Assembly: GCF_036321535.1 (NCBI RefSeq)
Contig: NC_087436.1
Coordinates: 14,260,001 to 14,324,000 of the forward strand
Length of the DNA stretch: 64,000 nucleotides
Direction: 5' to 3'
Source: Camelus dromedarius
Taxonomy: Eukaryota
Shown: positions 52,005-64,000 of the stretch, piece by piece
Position numbering within the stretch: the stretch's first letter is position 1
How the letters are laid out: each line of letters begins with the position of its first letter
Translations under genes and position numbers: made by a program
Notes under the pieces: generated by a model
Told to the model about the DNA's origin: nothing
The model's input: only the letters and a program-made list of their open reading frames with translations
The model's database searches: none

Positions 52005-53695
52005 ACCTCTTTGGCACTGTGGTTTATGGAGTATCAGTTGTTTATTTTGGTCCTTAAGGATTTTATCTATCTGATGCCTATTTAGGAATAGAACTTAGGA
52101 AAAAAAAAGAAAAAAAATAAGAGAGAGAGAGAAAGAATTTTAAAAGAAGGGAGAAAGAGGGTTTGAAAACAGTGTATAATGAATAATAGAAGAGTGAGTT
52201 GAAGCAGAATATTAATCGGGTTGAGACGTCCTTTTGAAACCTTTACAAAAAAAGGGGGGGGAGATGAATAGATGTATTTGAAAACTGTGTCTAATCAATA
52301 GCAGGACATCAAAACCCAAGAGAAATAGAAATGAATTAAGAAGTAAAGATTAAGAGAGTAATAGAAAATAGAACAGGTAAAAACAGATTTAAAAAAAAGG
52401 GGGGGGGGTTGTTGGTGTTCTCCTGGAGTCTGTGTGCTTTTAATGTGAAGTCTTTCTGTCTTCGTCCTGTTTTGGAAGCTCAGCTTGCTGTTTTCAGAGG
52501 CCCTCCGTTGGCGCCCTCTTCTGTGCTGCTCCCAGCACCTGTCGGCAAGCAGATCGCGCCTCCTCCTAACACTGGGTCAGGTGCAGCTCTCTGCTGTGGG
52601 CGGGCGGGTCGCTGCCCCTCCGGATGCCGCAGTCAGATGTTGCAGACTGGCCGGGTAGGAGGGCGGGTCGTGCCCCCTCTCAGCACCTCGGTCAGGGGCT
52701 GTGTTCCTGCCCGAAAGGCGGGGTGCTGCTCTCACTCTACCTGCGCCGCCGCCGTAGCTCCGCTGCTCTGTGCGGCTGCATGCTCCGCCCTGGTCGGTGC
52801 TCCGCCCTGGTGGCGCTCCGCGGGTGCGCTCGGGGAAGACCGAGGGACAGCCCTGTCCCTGCTCCGAGTCAAAACCCAGCTCCTTGTTTGTCTTTGTGGA
52901 GCAAGTTCTCTGAGGGACCAGGACGGAAGGATCCTATCTGCCCCGGGCTGCAGGCCAGTCTCAGTCTGGCCTTTGAGGATGCTAAGCCCTTCGGTGTGGA
53001 TGCAGGTTTCGCCCCCGCCCCCGCCTGAGTGCTCACCGCCGAGGATATGGCGGCTGTGCCTGAGCCCCGCCTCTCTTCCCCCGAAAACTTTCCGCGGGTT
53101 TTCAGAGATGGGGGTGTGCACCCTTCCCCCGAGAGCACATCAACCTTGCTGTTTTATGGAGGGCCCAGGTTGTTCTGCCCTGTGCACCCACAGCCATGGC
53201 ACGCAGCCCCTTGCATTCCCCCGGGGCTGCCTCCGTGCAGCCACTTCTGTCCTCCACCTGGCTTGTGCAGCCTGGCCCTGCCCGCGGCTGCCGGCCCGCG
53301 TCTCAGGCTGGGTGTCGGGGGGACGCTCTGTGCCCGTTTAACTTAGTTCTGTTAGTCAAGGGCTGCTCTGTACAGATCCGAGCCTCGGAGGCTCCCCCTC
53401 CGTCCCGCTGGCCTCTCAGTTGGAGAGGGGAGACCCAGCGAGCGAGCGCCAGTCCTCCTTTGCCGCTCCCTCCCCGCGGGACCTGTCCCGCGCTGCTTTG
53501 CCTTTTGTTTTTTCTTTTTTCCTTTTCTCCTACCAGATTTTTGGCGTCTTTATCTTTTGAAGAGGGCGATGTTCTGTCGGAGTTCCACAGGTGCTCTGGT
53601 TGGCTGAGTGGGTCTGTAGATGTGGGTCTTGGTGTATTTGTGGGAGAGCGTGACCTGCGAGCGTCCTTCTACTCCGCCATCTTCTCCCGGGTGTC
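51313..53695 (-). mobile_element. Young L1 5' portion (complete 5'UTR and first 231 codons of ORF1), no 3' end or poly(A), bounded by a TSD
   Basis: Minus-strand start GACACCCGGGAGAAGATGGCGGAGTAGAAGG; CpG-rich. Perfect 17-bp TSD GAAAACAAGCAAATTAA at 51296-51312 and 53696-53712. Confidence 0.95.
52500..53695 (-). promoter_or_regulatory. CpG-island-like L1 5'UTR (putative internal Pol II promoter)
   Basis: Dense CpG and a YY1-type AAGATGGCGG motif at the 5' end; an internal promoter here is established for L1. Confidence 0.65.
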
Positions 53696-54214
53696 GAAAA
53701 CAAGCAAATTAAACTAAAAGTAAGCTATAGGAAGGAAATAATAATAAAGACCAAAGATTACAGAAATAGCAGAAAAACTGGCCTGCATATTTCAAAAAGG
53801 TTAAGCTCATAAAAAAACAAAAGTAGATGAATTACTGCAGCATAAAAGGACAAGATAAATGACAGCTAAACACAATGCACAATATGGCCTAGATCACAAA
53901 GTAGGAAAAAACTAGCTGTAAAGGTTATTACTGGAACAACTGGATTAAATAACAGTATTGTACCAATTTCCTAAATACATTTTGTAATTCTGATAAATGT
54001 GCTGAGGTTATATAAGACAAAGTCCTTGTTCTTAGGTATAAAAGGACCTGATGTCTGCAAATCACTCTCAAATGGTTCAAAAAAGAAGAAACTATACATA
54101 GAGAGAAAATGTTAAAGTAAATGGGACAGAACAATGATTGGTGAATCTGGGTAAAGAGATTAAGTTGTCTGTATGAAACTTTATAAAAATTTAAAGTTTT
54201 AAAAATAAAAACAC

Positions 54215-54940
54215 CAAGGAGGCTAGAAAAGTATGCAGGAGATTATTATGATGAATAATCTTTATAAATGCCAGCCCCAAAGCGTGAACTTCCCCTGAAA
54301 GGGATAGAGAGAAAGAAGTCGAAGAATCTGACCAATTAATTTTTTCAGAAAACAGTCTGGTAGGAGGTTAGACTGAAGGGAAGGAAGGAAAGACGAGAAG
54401 TAGAAAAACTATTTAGGAGGCTATTTTACAGTCCAAGTAAGGAAAAATAAAGATCTAAATTAAAGTTGTGGAAATGGAAGAAGGTAGATTCAAGAGTTAT
54501 TTAGGAGGTAGAAGTGTGAGACTTGACAGTGACTGGGTTGTGCAGGATTAAAACTGAGGAGGCATGCAGGCTGATGACCTACGTCCCTTACCTGCCTTCT
54601 GCCCAATTTGTGTTTGGGCAACTAGAAAGATGAACATGACTCTTGCCAAAGTGGGAAAAGTGGGAGATTTATTTGGTGGGAAAAGGTCAGAGGACAAGTT
54701 CACGGACATTCTGAATTTGAGAATGTTTGTAGGGTATCCATGTCCACCAGTACATTAGTAATTTCAAAAATGCAGGTGTAGAGCTCCAAGCTGAAGACAT
54801 AAATCTAGGAGTTATCATTGTAGGGATGCAATGGCATGAAAGATAAGAGAGGAAAAGCTGAAGAGAAGCATTCAGTGGAATATTAAAAGGCAGAGAATAT
54901 TGCAAAAAAGATTCAGTAGATTGGAGGAGGTGAGGAGTAA
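54215..54940 (-). mobile_element. L2 fragment
   Basis: ttaggaggctatt...cagtccaagtaag...tagattcaagag...ttaggaggtagaa...gctgaagacataaatctaggagt. Confidence 0.75.
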
Positions 54941-55423
54941 ACAGGTTCATGACGCATATACAGCTGAGAAAATTACAGCAGTGGAACTATGTGTTGTTTT
55001 AGTTTGTAACTTTACGGAGGAAACAACTGTTCTGAAAATGAGAAGTATAATAATAAACTAACAATCCTTCATGCCATAAGGTAGGTAGTACAAACATTCC
55101 AGCTATTACCTATTAATTTCCTTACCCACAAAGAAAGATCTACTTTTAGGAACATCATTTACTAAAAATTAATTACAGTAATGGAAGTTAATAGCCAACA
55201 CACAAATTGGTAGAATGGTGTGCAAAACAAAAAACTCCATGTCATCTCCCTGGACAAAAACCATTCATGGTACTGAACCGATGCTTTAAACTGAAATTGA
55301 AATTGGATTTGAATTTAAATTAGACACTCAAAATAATTACAAAAAAGGCTTTGGGGAATAATAATGTTCTTTGGAAATAAAAATAGAATCTCTTTAGTTT
55401 CACAATTCATGTTATTTAAGGTC

Positions 55424-55767
55424 TGCTATGGTCTCAATGTTTGTATTCCCCTGAAAAATCCTAAGTTGAAATCCTAATGCCCAGTGCGATGGTATGAGGG
55501 GAGGCCTTTGGGAGGGAGAGCCCTCATGGATGGGATTGATGTTCTTATAAAAGAGATCCCACAGAGCTCCCCAGCCCCTGCCACCAAGTGAGGACACAGT
55601 AAGAAGTTAACAGTGCACAACCGGGAAGAGGGCCTTCAGCAGACCCTGACCGTGCTGGCACCCTGATCTTGCACTTCCAGCTTCCAGAACTTTGGGAAAT
55701 GTTTTTCTTTGCTTATTAGCCACCCAGTTTGTGGTACTTTGTTACAGCAGCTGGAACGGACCTCACA
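55424..55767 (+). mobile_element. MLT1A-like MaLR solo LTR
   Basis: TGCTATGGTCTCAATGTTTGT...gctggcaccctgatcttgcacttccagc...tttgttacagcagc...CACA. Confidence 0.9.
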
Positions 55768-56219
55768 ATAGGGTCCAACCAATTTTTCAGGCTTTACTGC
55801 TCTTTACCCTTCTAAAGACCCTCTACTACTGCATCTACTTACTTGTTATTTCTGGAGAAATGCACTTTGGTACCTGAACACTTGCTCAAACAGTTTCCAA
55901 TGTTTAAAATATTCCTTCATCTTCATATTTAGTAAAATTCTGTCCATAATTTAGCATTCAACTCAAACATGACCTCTACTATAAAACTTATTTCACAGCC
56001 TCTGAGAGACTGCGTGATATAATTAGAGTTTGAAATACGAGAAACAAAAAATCCAAGCCCTGCAATACAGTAGCTGCTTTGTGATCTTTATTTCTTATTT
56101 TTCTCATCTATAAAATTAAGAAATATACACATCTCAGATTAATATTTGAGGGAAGATATGTTCAAAGCACTTATAAAGAGTACCCAGCACACATTCACTG
56201 AATAAAAGAACGATGCTTT

Positions 56220-56647
56220 CAGTGATGTGCCAGTAAATGTTTGACAACGGGTTCACCAAGTTGAAATAATAATAATAATGATAAGCCCTACTTTGCCCAT
56301 TTCCATGGTGTCATTGGTTCACTATGGCCAACTTCAAGCTGCCAACACAACCTCACTGAATTCAAGAGGTGGGAAGAGATGACAATAGTGCCAAATCACT
56401 ACTCAGTATTTCCACCAGAGAAATACCATAGACACAAGAGGACAGATAATAGTGAAATATAGTAAAATATTTAGAAACTGACAAGTTTAAGTATTTATCA
56501 TCTTTGTTTTAAATATACGTATTTAATTATACTTTATACAGTTTAATTGTAAAACAATGTCTGTGTTTAACATCTGGCTTATAAAGTTCTTGCAAATTTA
56601 ACAAACAGCTCTTGCAGGTCAGTATGAGCCAGCTCCAGCTAGCACAG
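56220..56647. mobile_element. MER63-like hAT element
   Basis: CAGTGATGTGCCAGTAAATGTTTGACAAC start and ...tatgagccagctccagc...cac end. Confidence 0.7.
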
Positions 56648-57357
56648 AATTATTTTCATGTCAGAAAATAAGTACTGGGCACCCACATTATATAGTTGAA
56701 TCTCTGGAAACAATGCTGAGATCTAAACTTAAAAGAATCTTTAAAAATCCAGGATATGGATATCACATTTCAGACGACGATGTTACTTGTTTGGGGATGA
56801 TCTAAAATCATCCTCATACGGCAGAACTATGTATCAGTAGGAGGCCAGATTTGCTACTATACTCATGAACAAAAAAAGTGAACACATTTTACTTACTTTT
56901 TATTTCACAAAGCAACAACTAAATCTTGTCCCTTTTTGTTTGTTCCTTGTTAATTCCAAACACATTCTAAATTCAGTCATGTGTAAGGCAAAGATCAAAG
57001 CTGAGCAAACACTGTACAGGACTGCCACACTGTTTTCTGTGCTAACAGAAAAAGTGTATTTATTTTATAGTACGTGATTTTCTTGATTCATATACACTAG
57101 CACGCATTTTACAAGAAGAATTAGTCTTGTAATGTGAAGAGAACAAACAAAAATGAGCCTGGAACTGACCTCAAGAGTTAATATATTCTATAATGAAAAA
57201 GGTGAGAGTTGGATACTAGCTTCCTGAATCCTTTTAATGGGTCAATCAGAGATAAATTAACATGGCATATACCTAATAAAGATTTTATAGTTGGTGCTTC
57301 ATTCCTAAAGGATGAAGCAAAGCCCTGAGAGGCATGGAATGTTTCATTCACAAATGC

Positions 57358-57535
57358 CAATGATTTTCAACCTTCTCTGCATCTTAGAACTATCTAGGGA
57401 ACATTTAAAAGAATACCACACCTGACAAAGATCAATGACTTAATGACGGGCTCCAGTAAGTTCCCATATGAATGTCCAGTAAGTTTTAAAAAGTTTCTAA
57501 AGCTAACCAATGTGCAGCCAATTGAGAACCACTGC
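57358..57535. mobile_element. MER5-like MITE
   Basis: ttttcaacctt...tgcatcttagaac...aatgtgcagcc...ttgagaaccactg. Confidence 0.65.
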
Positions 57536-57604
57536 TATATGCATGTCCTAGACCCTTTAAACAAACAAATATAAAACTCTGGTATTGAGAAGGGTCTATA
57601 AATC

Positions 57605-58645
57605 ATTCAGTTCAATTGTCATGCAGATTAAAACCACAAATCAGATACTGTTATTATACACCCATTAGAATGACCAAAATTAGAAAGACTGACAAAATCA
57701 AGTGTCAGCAAGTATGTAGACACTCATACGTTACTGGTAAATGATAAAATCACTATGGAAAACTATTTGGCAATACTCCTAGAGTTAAACATATGCTTAT
57801 CCTATGACCCAGCAATTCCACTCCTAGGAAATATACTTAAGAAATATAGTGCACATGTCCATCAGAAAATAAATACAAGAATATTCACAGCAGCTTTGTC
57901 CATAATAGCTAAAAACTTGAAACAACCCAAATGTCCATCAACAATAGAAAAGATAGAAACTTTAGTATAGTCATAAAAGGGAACACCAAGTAGCAATAAA
58001 ATAAAACTACTGCTATATAAAACAAAAAAATCTCACAGTGTTGAACAAATGAAGCCAGTCCCAAAGAATACACACTATATGATTCAATTCAAAAAGAAAA
58101 CCATTAAAGTGCAATGACTGTAGGCACAACAGTGGTTCCTTTTGGGGGCTGAGGGGGAAGTACTGAGTCACGATCTTCAGGGCAGGACTTTTGGTTTCTG
58201 CTTCTGCATATAAGGCACTTGGGATTCACTGTTCCATTCTAATAACAAGTAAAAAACTGAACAGACTGAAAAATCAACAACTATTCCTGGATTCATAAGA
58301 GAGGGGAGGACATAAGGCACCCTGCTACTCCCAAAACTGGAGAGACAGGAAAATACAAGGAGTCATGGCTGAGCCAAAAAGCCAGACACAAAAAGAATAC
58401 ATATCATACAATTTCATTTATACAGAACTCTAGAACACATAAAACTAATCCATCATGAGAGATCAGTTGTTGCCTGGGGAGAGGGGTGGGAGAGGGGAGG
58501 ACTGACTGCAAAGGGACATAAGAAACTTTACCTGTATCTTGATTGTGAACGTGGTTTCCCAAGTTTATATGTTTGTCAAAACTCACTGGGCTGTACATTT
58601 AAAATGGATGCACTGTATCCTATGTAAAATTAACCTCAATAAACT
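57605..58645 (+). mobile_element. Old L1 3' fragments (composite)
   Basis: atgcagattaaaaccac; YDPAIPLLG...IFTAALSIIAKNLKQPKCP; 3'UTR to cctcaataaa. Confidence 0.85.
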
Positions 58646-59249
58646 ATTAATTTTTTTTAGGGTAAAATTCCATTCTACCATCTTTAACGGCAGAGATCTA
58701 TTTTTCCTGAAAGCCCAAAATCCACCCACAGGGAGACCATACCAGTCTGCTGGTGGGTAGGCATATGGCCCCGATCACAGTGCCCGCCTACAAGGAGGGA
58801 CTGACTTGCAGCCCTACAACCCAGTAGCAAATACAGTTTGTCATTTTCTCAAATATGTCTCCATGACAAAAATAAATTAGCCAATACCTTCTCACTATAA
58901 AATACTGCAGAATCCTAAGTGCCATTTATAGATATATATTCCCTGTTTGATCCAGTCTGAAAAATCATATGCACTTGCCTCTAAGAGAGTATCTGAAAAT
59001 GGCAGAGCATTAAAGAAATCCCTCTGTCCCACAGATCCAGTGTCCTTCATCCTGGATCTTTTAAAACAGCAACAGAGGCAATGGCTGGCTTGCCAAGTCA
59101 GATCTTAGCCAAGTATTGTGCATTTCTCTTTCTTTTGGCTGCCCAGCCACAGCCCCTGCCAGTGTTGGGGAAAACCTCTCCATAAGGCTGGGGAAAGGCA
59201 GGGTCTGCTTCTCATTATATAAAAGCTCAAAATACCAGATAATCAAGCA

Positions 59250-59460
59250 AATATCTGGAGCCAGATTACCTGGGTTCAATCCCTGGCTCCTCCATATACT
59301 AGCCATGTAAACTTAAGCAAGATCCTAAAATTCTCTTTCCTTGTCAGTAAAATGATAATAGTACCAACCTTGTAACACTGTTGTGAGGACAAAATACATT
59401 TAAAGTACTCAGAAAAGTACCTGGCATATAGTGAGTGCTATACAGGTTATGTCACCATTA
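59250..59460 (+). mobile_element. MIR SINE
   Basis: ctggagccagattacctgggttcaatccctggctc...cctggcatatagtgagtgct. Confidence 0.85.
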
Positions 59461-59464
59461 TTTG

Positions 59465-59876
59465 TTTCCTGAGCTCTGGAGACACTGCCATATGACTTAC
59501 CCTCCACCAAATCAGAGGCACTTGCCCCAGACCTGGAATCAGAAACTAGTGCTAACAAGAGGAATGACAAGGAACTCACTCTGGGGCAGCGATAACTGCA
59601 GTGAGGTCAAATGCCTTCAGCAATGGCCACAGCACCAGGGGCAGCATCCAGTCACCAGAGCACCGGCAGTGTGAGCTGCTACATCTGGTGCTAAGCAACG
59701 GCAGCACAGCATCCCAAATAGTGCTGGACCATGATTTGAGGGCATCCTCCTAGATACATAGCCTGGATTCTGGTTTCCCAACCTTCCTGTAAGCTACCTC
59801 ATATCCTCTTAGTAAATGTCTTTTCTGTGTAAGGAGCTGAAGTTGTTTCATTTGCTTCCAATGTAAGACCCTGACA
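59465..59876 (+). mobile_element. Ancient ERVL/MaLR-class LTR remnant
   Basis: 3' end tagtaaatgtcttttctg...tttgcttccaa...accctgaca. Confidence 0.55.
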
Positions 59877-60138
59877 GCAGACCTGCAAGAAGTGGGTAAA
59901 TGGGAAAAGGTCTTATAATATCTTTGTGATTGCTTTTGAATATCAAGTGATAAATATGAAATAGTCTAGAAACTTTTCAGACTGTTATTAGCACAGTGCC
60001 TGGCATGTAGAAGGCATTAATAAAGGTCAGTTTTTTAGTTATTATTGGGGTCTTAGATTAGGAAACCATGAAGCTATCAAACAAGCTTGTTATTGCAAGT
60101 GCTATCAGCCACATGTGTTATTATTGATCCTGGTAACT

Positions 60139-60354
60139 CAGTGGTCCTCAACTGGGGTTGATTTTAGCATCCATCCCCCCAAACATTTAGCAATGTCTAG
60201 AAACATTTCTGGTTGTTATAGTGGGGTGCTGTGCTACTGGCATCTTGAAGGTACAGTACAGGCCAGGGATGTTGCCAGAAGTCCTACAATGCACAGGATA
60301 ATCCCCCATGATAAAAAATCATATAGTCAAATATGTCAAGGCTGAAAATCCCTG
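60139..60354. mobile_element. MER20 hAT MITE
   Basis: CAGTGGTCCTCAACTGGGG...ctactggcatct...ggccagggatgttgc...tcctacaatgcacagg. Confidence 0.85.
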
Positions 60355-62469
60355 TAAATAACCTGATGCTATAAACTGCTTCTTACACTAGCAGGCCTGA
60401 TGGGTCTAAATGCTTACTCACTTTAATTCATGAATGTAACGCATTTCAAAGCATGAGACCAACTGCACTGGGGGAGAATACCTCCCCCACCCGTCCCTTT
60501 GGTGAACCACTCGACACTATCCATCACTCCAGGGAACCTTCTCAACACTACAACAGCTATAACGTGGCTCATAAAACTGCAGGCAGTCTGACCCCTATCT
60601 ACTCCAGTTGCTTCCCACACCATAATATTCTCCCTTAACTTTCTCTATTCCGGCCAGACAAATGTCTGCTCACTTCACCCTCACGCTCACGGTGCACAGT
60701 AACTCTTCCCTCTTTAAGTTCAACTCTGAGTCTATAGCCTTTTCTGTAGCTGCCCAAGTCCAAAGCTAAAGGGAAAAAGCTCATGTAATTTTTTCTGGCA
60801 CTACTTGTTTTTCTAATCTTGAAAATATACCTTGACATTAGCATCATAAAAGACTTTACATCTGACAATCAGCATTTATAGGAAATACTTCATGCAAAAT
60901 AAAAGATGTAACATTAACAAAAATTCACCCAAAGACTAAAAATCTATCTTAATAATGCAAGAGAAGGCATATTGGAAGTAAGTTTCTTGATGTTATCAAT
61001 ATGTTACATTATTAACGGTAAAATCTAATTTCTGAAATGCTTAGAAACAAGATAGAAACTTTCTAGAAAGGATGTAAAAGAATTTGTCTTAGGCTTAGTC
61101 AGACTTTTGCAACAATACAAGGTATCAGATCTTCTAAAACACACTCATTTAACATTGTTCTTTAATTCTATTTATGACTGAGTAGGCAAAAATAAAATGG
61201 TATAATAAAAAGCTTAAAGTTTTTCCAAATTTTTTTAAGTTTTGAAAATTCATTAAAAAGCACTGTGAAATATTTTCAATGCTCATTCATTGGCTGCATA
61301 TACTCAATAGGTATTTTGTTCTGCTTTCAAGTAGTTGCATTTTCTTCCAATTTAAAGGACTGAATTCTTAATTTCAGTCAAACCTAGACAAAAGAGCAGT
61401 GAATAAAGCAAATAGTGTGAAAGAAGAAAAGAAAGAAGAGAAGCCACAAATATTTAACTCTAATTGTTCTGGTTATGGCTTCAGACAATGAAGGTCGCAG
61501 TGCTCAGTGAACTAATTATGCATGTCAACAGAGACCATATTTTGTTTCAATACCAAAAAGCACAAATGCCTTCTGTGTCAGATGAAATTATTTAGATTTT
61601 TGTTTGCCTACAAAAAGAGAAAGCATTTCTATTAAACTCATAATTCACAGTCTTTGAAGTTTCCCTTTTTATTAGTAAAAATATAACCTTTAAAAAATGG
61701 TTAATGTATTTCTGACAAAGTTAATTTATCATGGTTCAAACATATTAAGTGAATAAGCCCATGCATGAGGTCTCAGAAGAACTAACCAAGGTATTGGGAG
61801 ACATAGATTTAAGGATCAGCACTGCTCCTTTTTATAACTTTATAAAAGTCACTGTACTTCGCTAAGTTTCAACTTCTTCATTTATAAAATGAGATTACTA
61901 ACCTTGCCTATATATTACACAGCAATTAGAAGAATCAAATGTGAAATTGCTGGGAAAACTGAAAATGCTATATAAAGATGTTATAATTCAGGACCAACAG
62001 CACAAATGTTGGAGTAGTCCCGTCAACACTAGTATTTACCAGCACAACTACTCCTCCGAACTTTGTCACCATGGGTACCCTAACCACACGTCTCTAAAAC
62101 AGACCAGTATCAAGACAGAGCTGAATATGGTTACAAATGTTATTGTTGCCAAGTTCTTTTTTTTTTTTATTTCTCTCTTGGCAATTTCATGGTTTTAAAA
62201 GGAAGACAATCCTTAAACCTATTATATAAGAATGGATAAAGCAAATGTGGTCAAGCCTAAATAATTACTGAATCTGGACAATGATTATATGGGAAATTAT
62301 TTACTATTTAACCTTTATTTCATCTGCTGCAAATTTTTCTACACAAACGTTTTAATCTACTAGTATTAATATCTACTTGTCTTATATTTTCAACCACTTG
62401 CTACTTGAATACTGCATTTCAGATCCCCCAAGTTTCTCATCTCCTTCCTGTCATTCTCGTTTCTGGGGC

Positions 62470-62850
62470 AAGCCAACCGTAGCCACCAGCTCCCCCTGGA
62501 ACCATATATCCTCCCATTCTTTCCTCACTGACCCTCAGTTCCAGCCAGAGCCCTCACCACTGTTCCTCAAATACGCCAATCTTATTTTTGCTCTTGCTGT
62601 TTCCTCTCTGGAAGGTTCTTACTCCCAGATTTCCACATGACCCTCCCTCATCTCATTCAGGTTTCTGCTCAAACATCATCTAAGAAGAGCCTTCCCTGAG
62701 AAACTGCTGTAAATCAGCACTCTTCTTCACTCTTGAGCCCCTTACCCTGCTTTACAGCAGTAAGGATATTATATATTATTATTGTATTATATAACTTATG
62801 TATATGTTTAGCACATCTGTCTCCCTCCCCAAGATGTTTACAACACAAAA
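62470..62850 (+). mobile_element. L2 fragment
   Basis: ctgttcctcaaatacgcc...gctgtttcctctctggaa...ctcattcaggtttctgctcaaacatca. Confidence 0.75.
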
Positions 62851-63484
62851 GCCAACTCCTCCTGACACTCAAAACCCTTCCATGACCTGAACTACCTTCT
62901 TTCTATCAGTTATGCCTCTTCAGATACTCTATTAAATCAAATTTAATTACTCATACTTCCCCATACACATCTTTCAATTTCCTTTCTCTATGACTTTGCC
63001 CAAGCAGTGACCATCATCATTCACAAGCTCAAATTCTACCCACACTGTAAGGCTCAGTTTAAACACCACCTTTACTGATACTCCTCTGAACTGCCACAAT
63101 TCTTCACCTGTACCACTCTAAAGGAATTATTATTCCACATTTTATTTATTTATTTTAAAATTTCCTATATTAATAAACATCTGTACTATTCACTTTTAGC
63201 CCTCCGGGTTACTTACATAAAAGAGAAATGCAAATATCTGTATATTTTTCTTGGATATTAGAAATTAATATAAGTATTAATGTTACTATATTGAAGGGAA
63301 GGCAGAAAAGAATTCATGCAATAATCCCAGGATAGACTAATAAACATCTAACACAACTACTTCACTTCCTTTCCTTTTTTGTTGTTGTTGAAAATACACT
63401 TGTTTTCCCAACTTCCTTGCTTCTATCTTTAAATAATTTCTTCCTATTAAGTTGCCTACCCTTACCCATCTTTCCCACTTTTCT

Positions 63485-63680
63485 TTGGGTTCAAATCACA
63501 GCTCTGTTCCTCAGTAGCTATGTTAACTCTTCCAGGTCTCTGTTGCCTAACCTATAAAATGAGGGAGAAAACCTCACCTATGAACAGGTTATTATAATAT
63601 TAAATGAGATAATATATGTAAAACCCAGCACAGTGTCTGGCACTTAACAGGCTCTCAGTGAATGGTGCCTATTAGGCTAT
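63485..63680 (+). mobile_element. MIR SINE
   Basis: gggttcaaatcacagctctg...ctataaaatgag...taaatgagataatatatgtaaaac...cacagtgtctggcac. Confidence 0.85.
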
Positions 63681-64000
63681 TATTTCTTCTATAGATACAG
63701 AAGCAGCAGTTTAAACACATTTCAAGGTATAAAGTTTGAATATCAAAAATATAAAAACAAAATCCATCTTTATCTGCTCTAATCAAGACTAGAACAGAGT
63801 ACAAGGCAAGCCAAGTTCATGCTTTCTTCTTTTTTTAATTCAAAAAGAAAAAAAAAACAATTGTCATTAAAGAAGAAAAAACACGAGAAGAAGAAAGCAT
63901 TTTTTATGGTCAATATTGGGACAGACATCTTAATGAAAACATCATTTGACTGAGAGGAAATCAACTGGGTTCTACAGTTAACCAGTTGAGTGCTCATGAG

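Noticed and set aside
52409..53341. 310-aa plus-strand ORF and overlapping ORFs
   Set aside because: Non-ATG start, antisense to a GC-rich L1 5'UTR where stops are scarce, and no recognisable domain.
1..64000. CRISPR arrays, operons, rRNA genes or a second protein-coding gene
   Set aside because: None seen; the window is intronic and exonic sequence of one mammalian gene.

Overview
Mammalian genomic DNA, most likely camelid, inferred from a tRNA-derived Vic-1-like SINE. The whole window lies inside ARFIP1 (arfaptin-1) on the minus strand. Six coding exons, from the ATG exon to the exon ending ...KQYESAR, splice in frame through canonical GT-AG sites and give 791 nt of CDS. The non-coding first exon/promoter lies beyond the right edge and the last coding exons beyond the left edge. 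The introns are mostly transposon debris (L1, L2, MIR, ERVL/MLT2, MaLR, MER21-like, hAT and Tigger). The most unusual region is the nested L1 cluster at about 43.4-54.2 kb, where two young, structurally abnormal L1 copies sit tail-to-tail, each with its own target-site duplication (TSD). One is a 3-kb copy with 5'UTR, ORF1 and 3' end but almost no ORF2. The other has a complete 5' end, no poly(A), an open 231-codon ORF1 fragment, and points toward the ARFIP1 start exon. Also notable are an L1 with an apparent 3' transduction (1.6-3.7 kb) and a CpG-rich 181-bp unexplained insert between direct repeats (42.4 kb). Repeat family names come from recognising consensus motifs by eye, not from a database search, and boundaries of old repeats are approximate.
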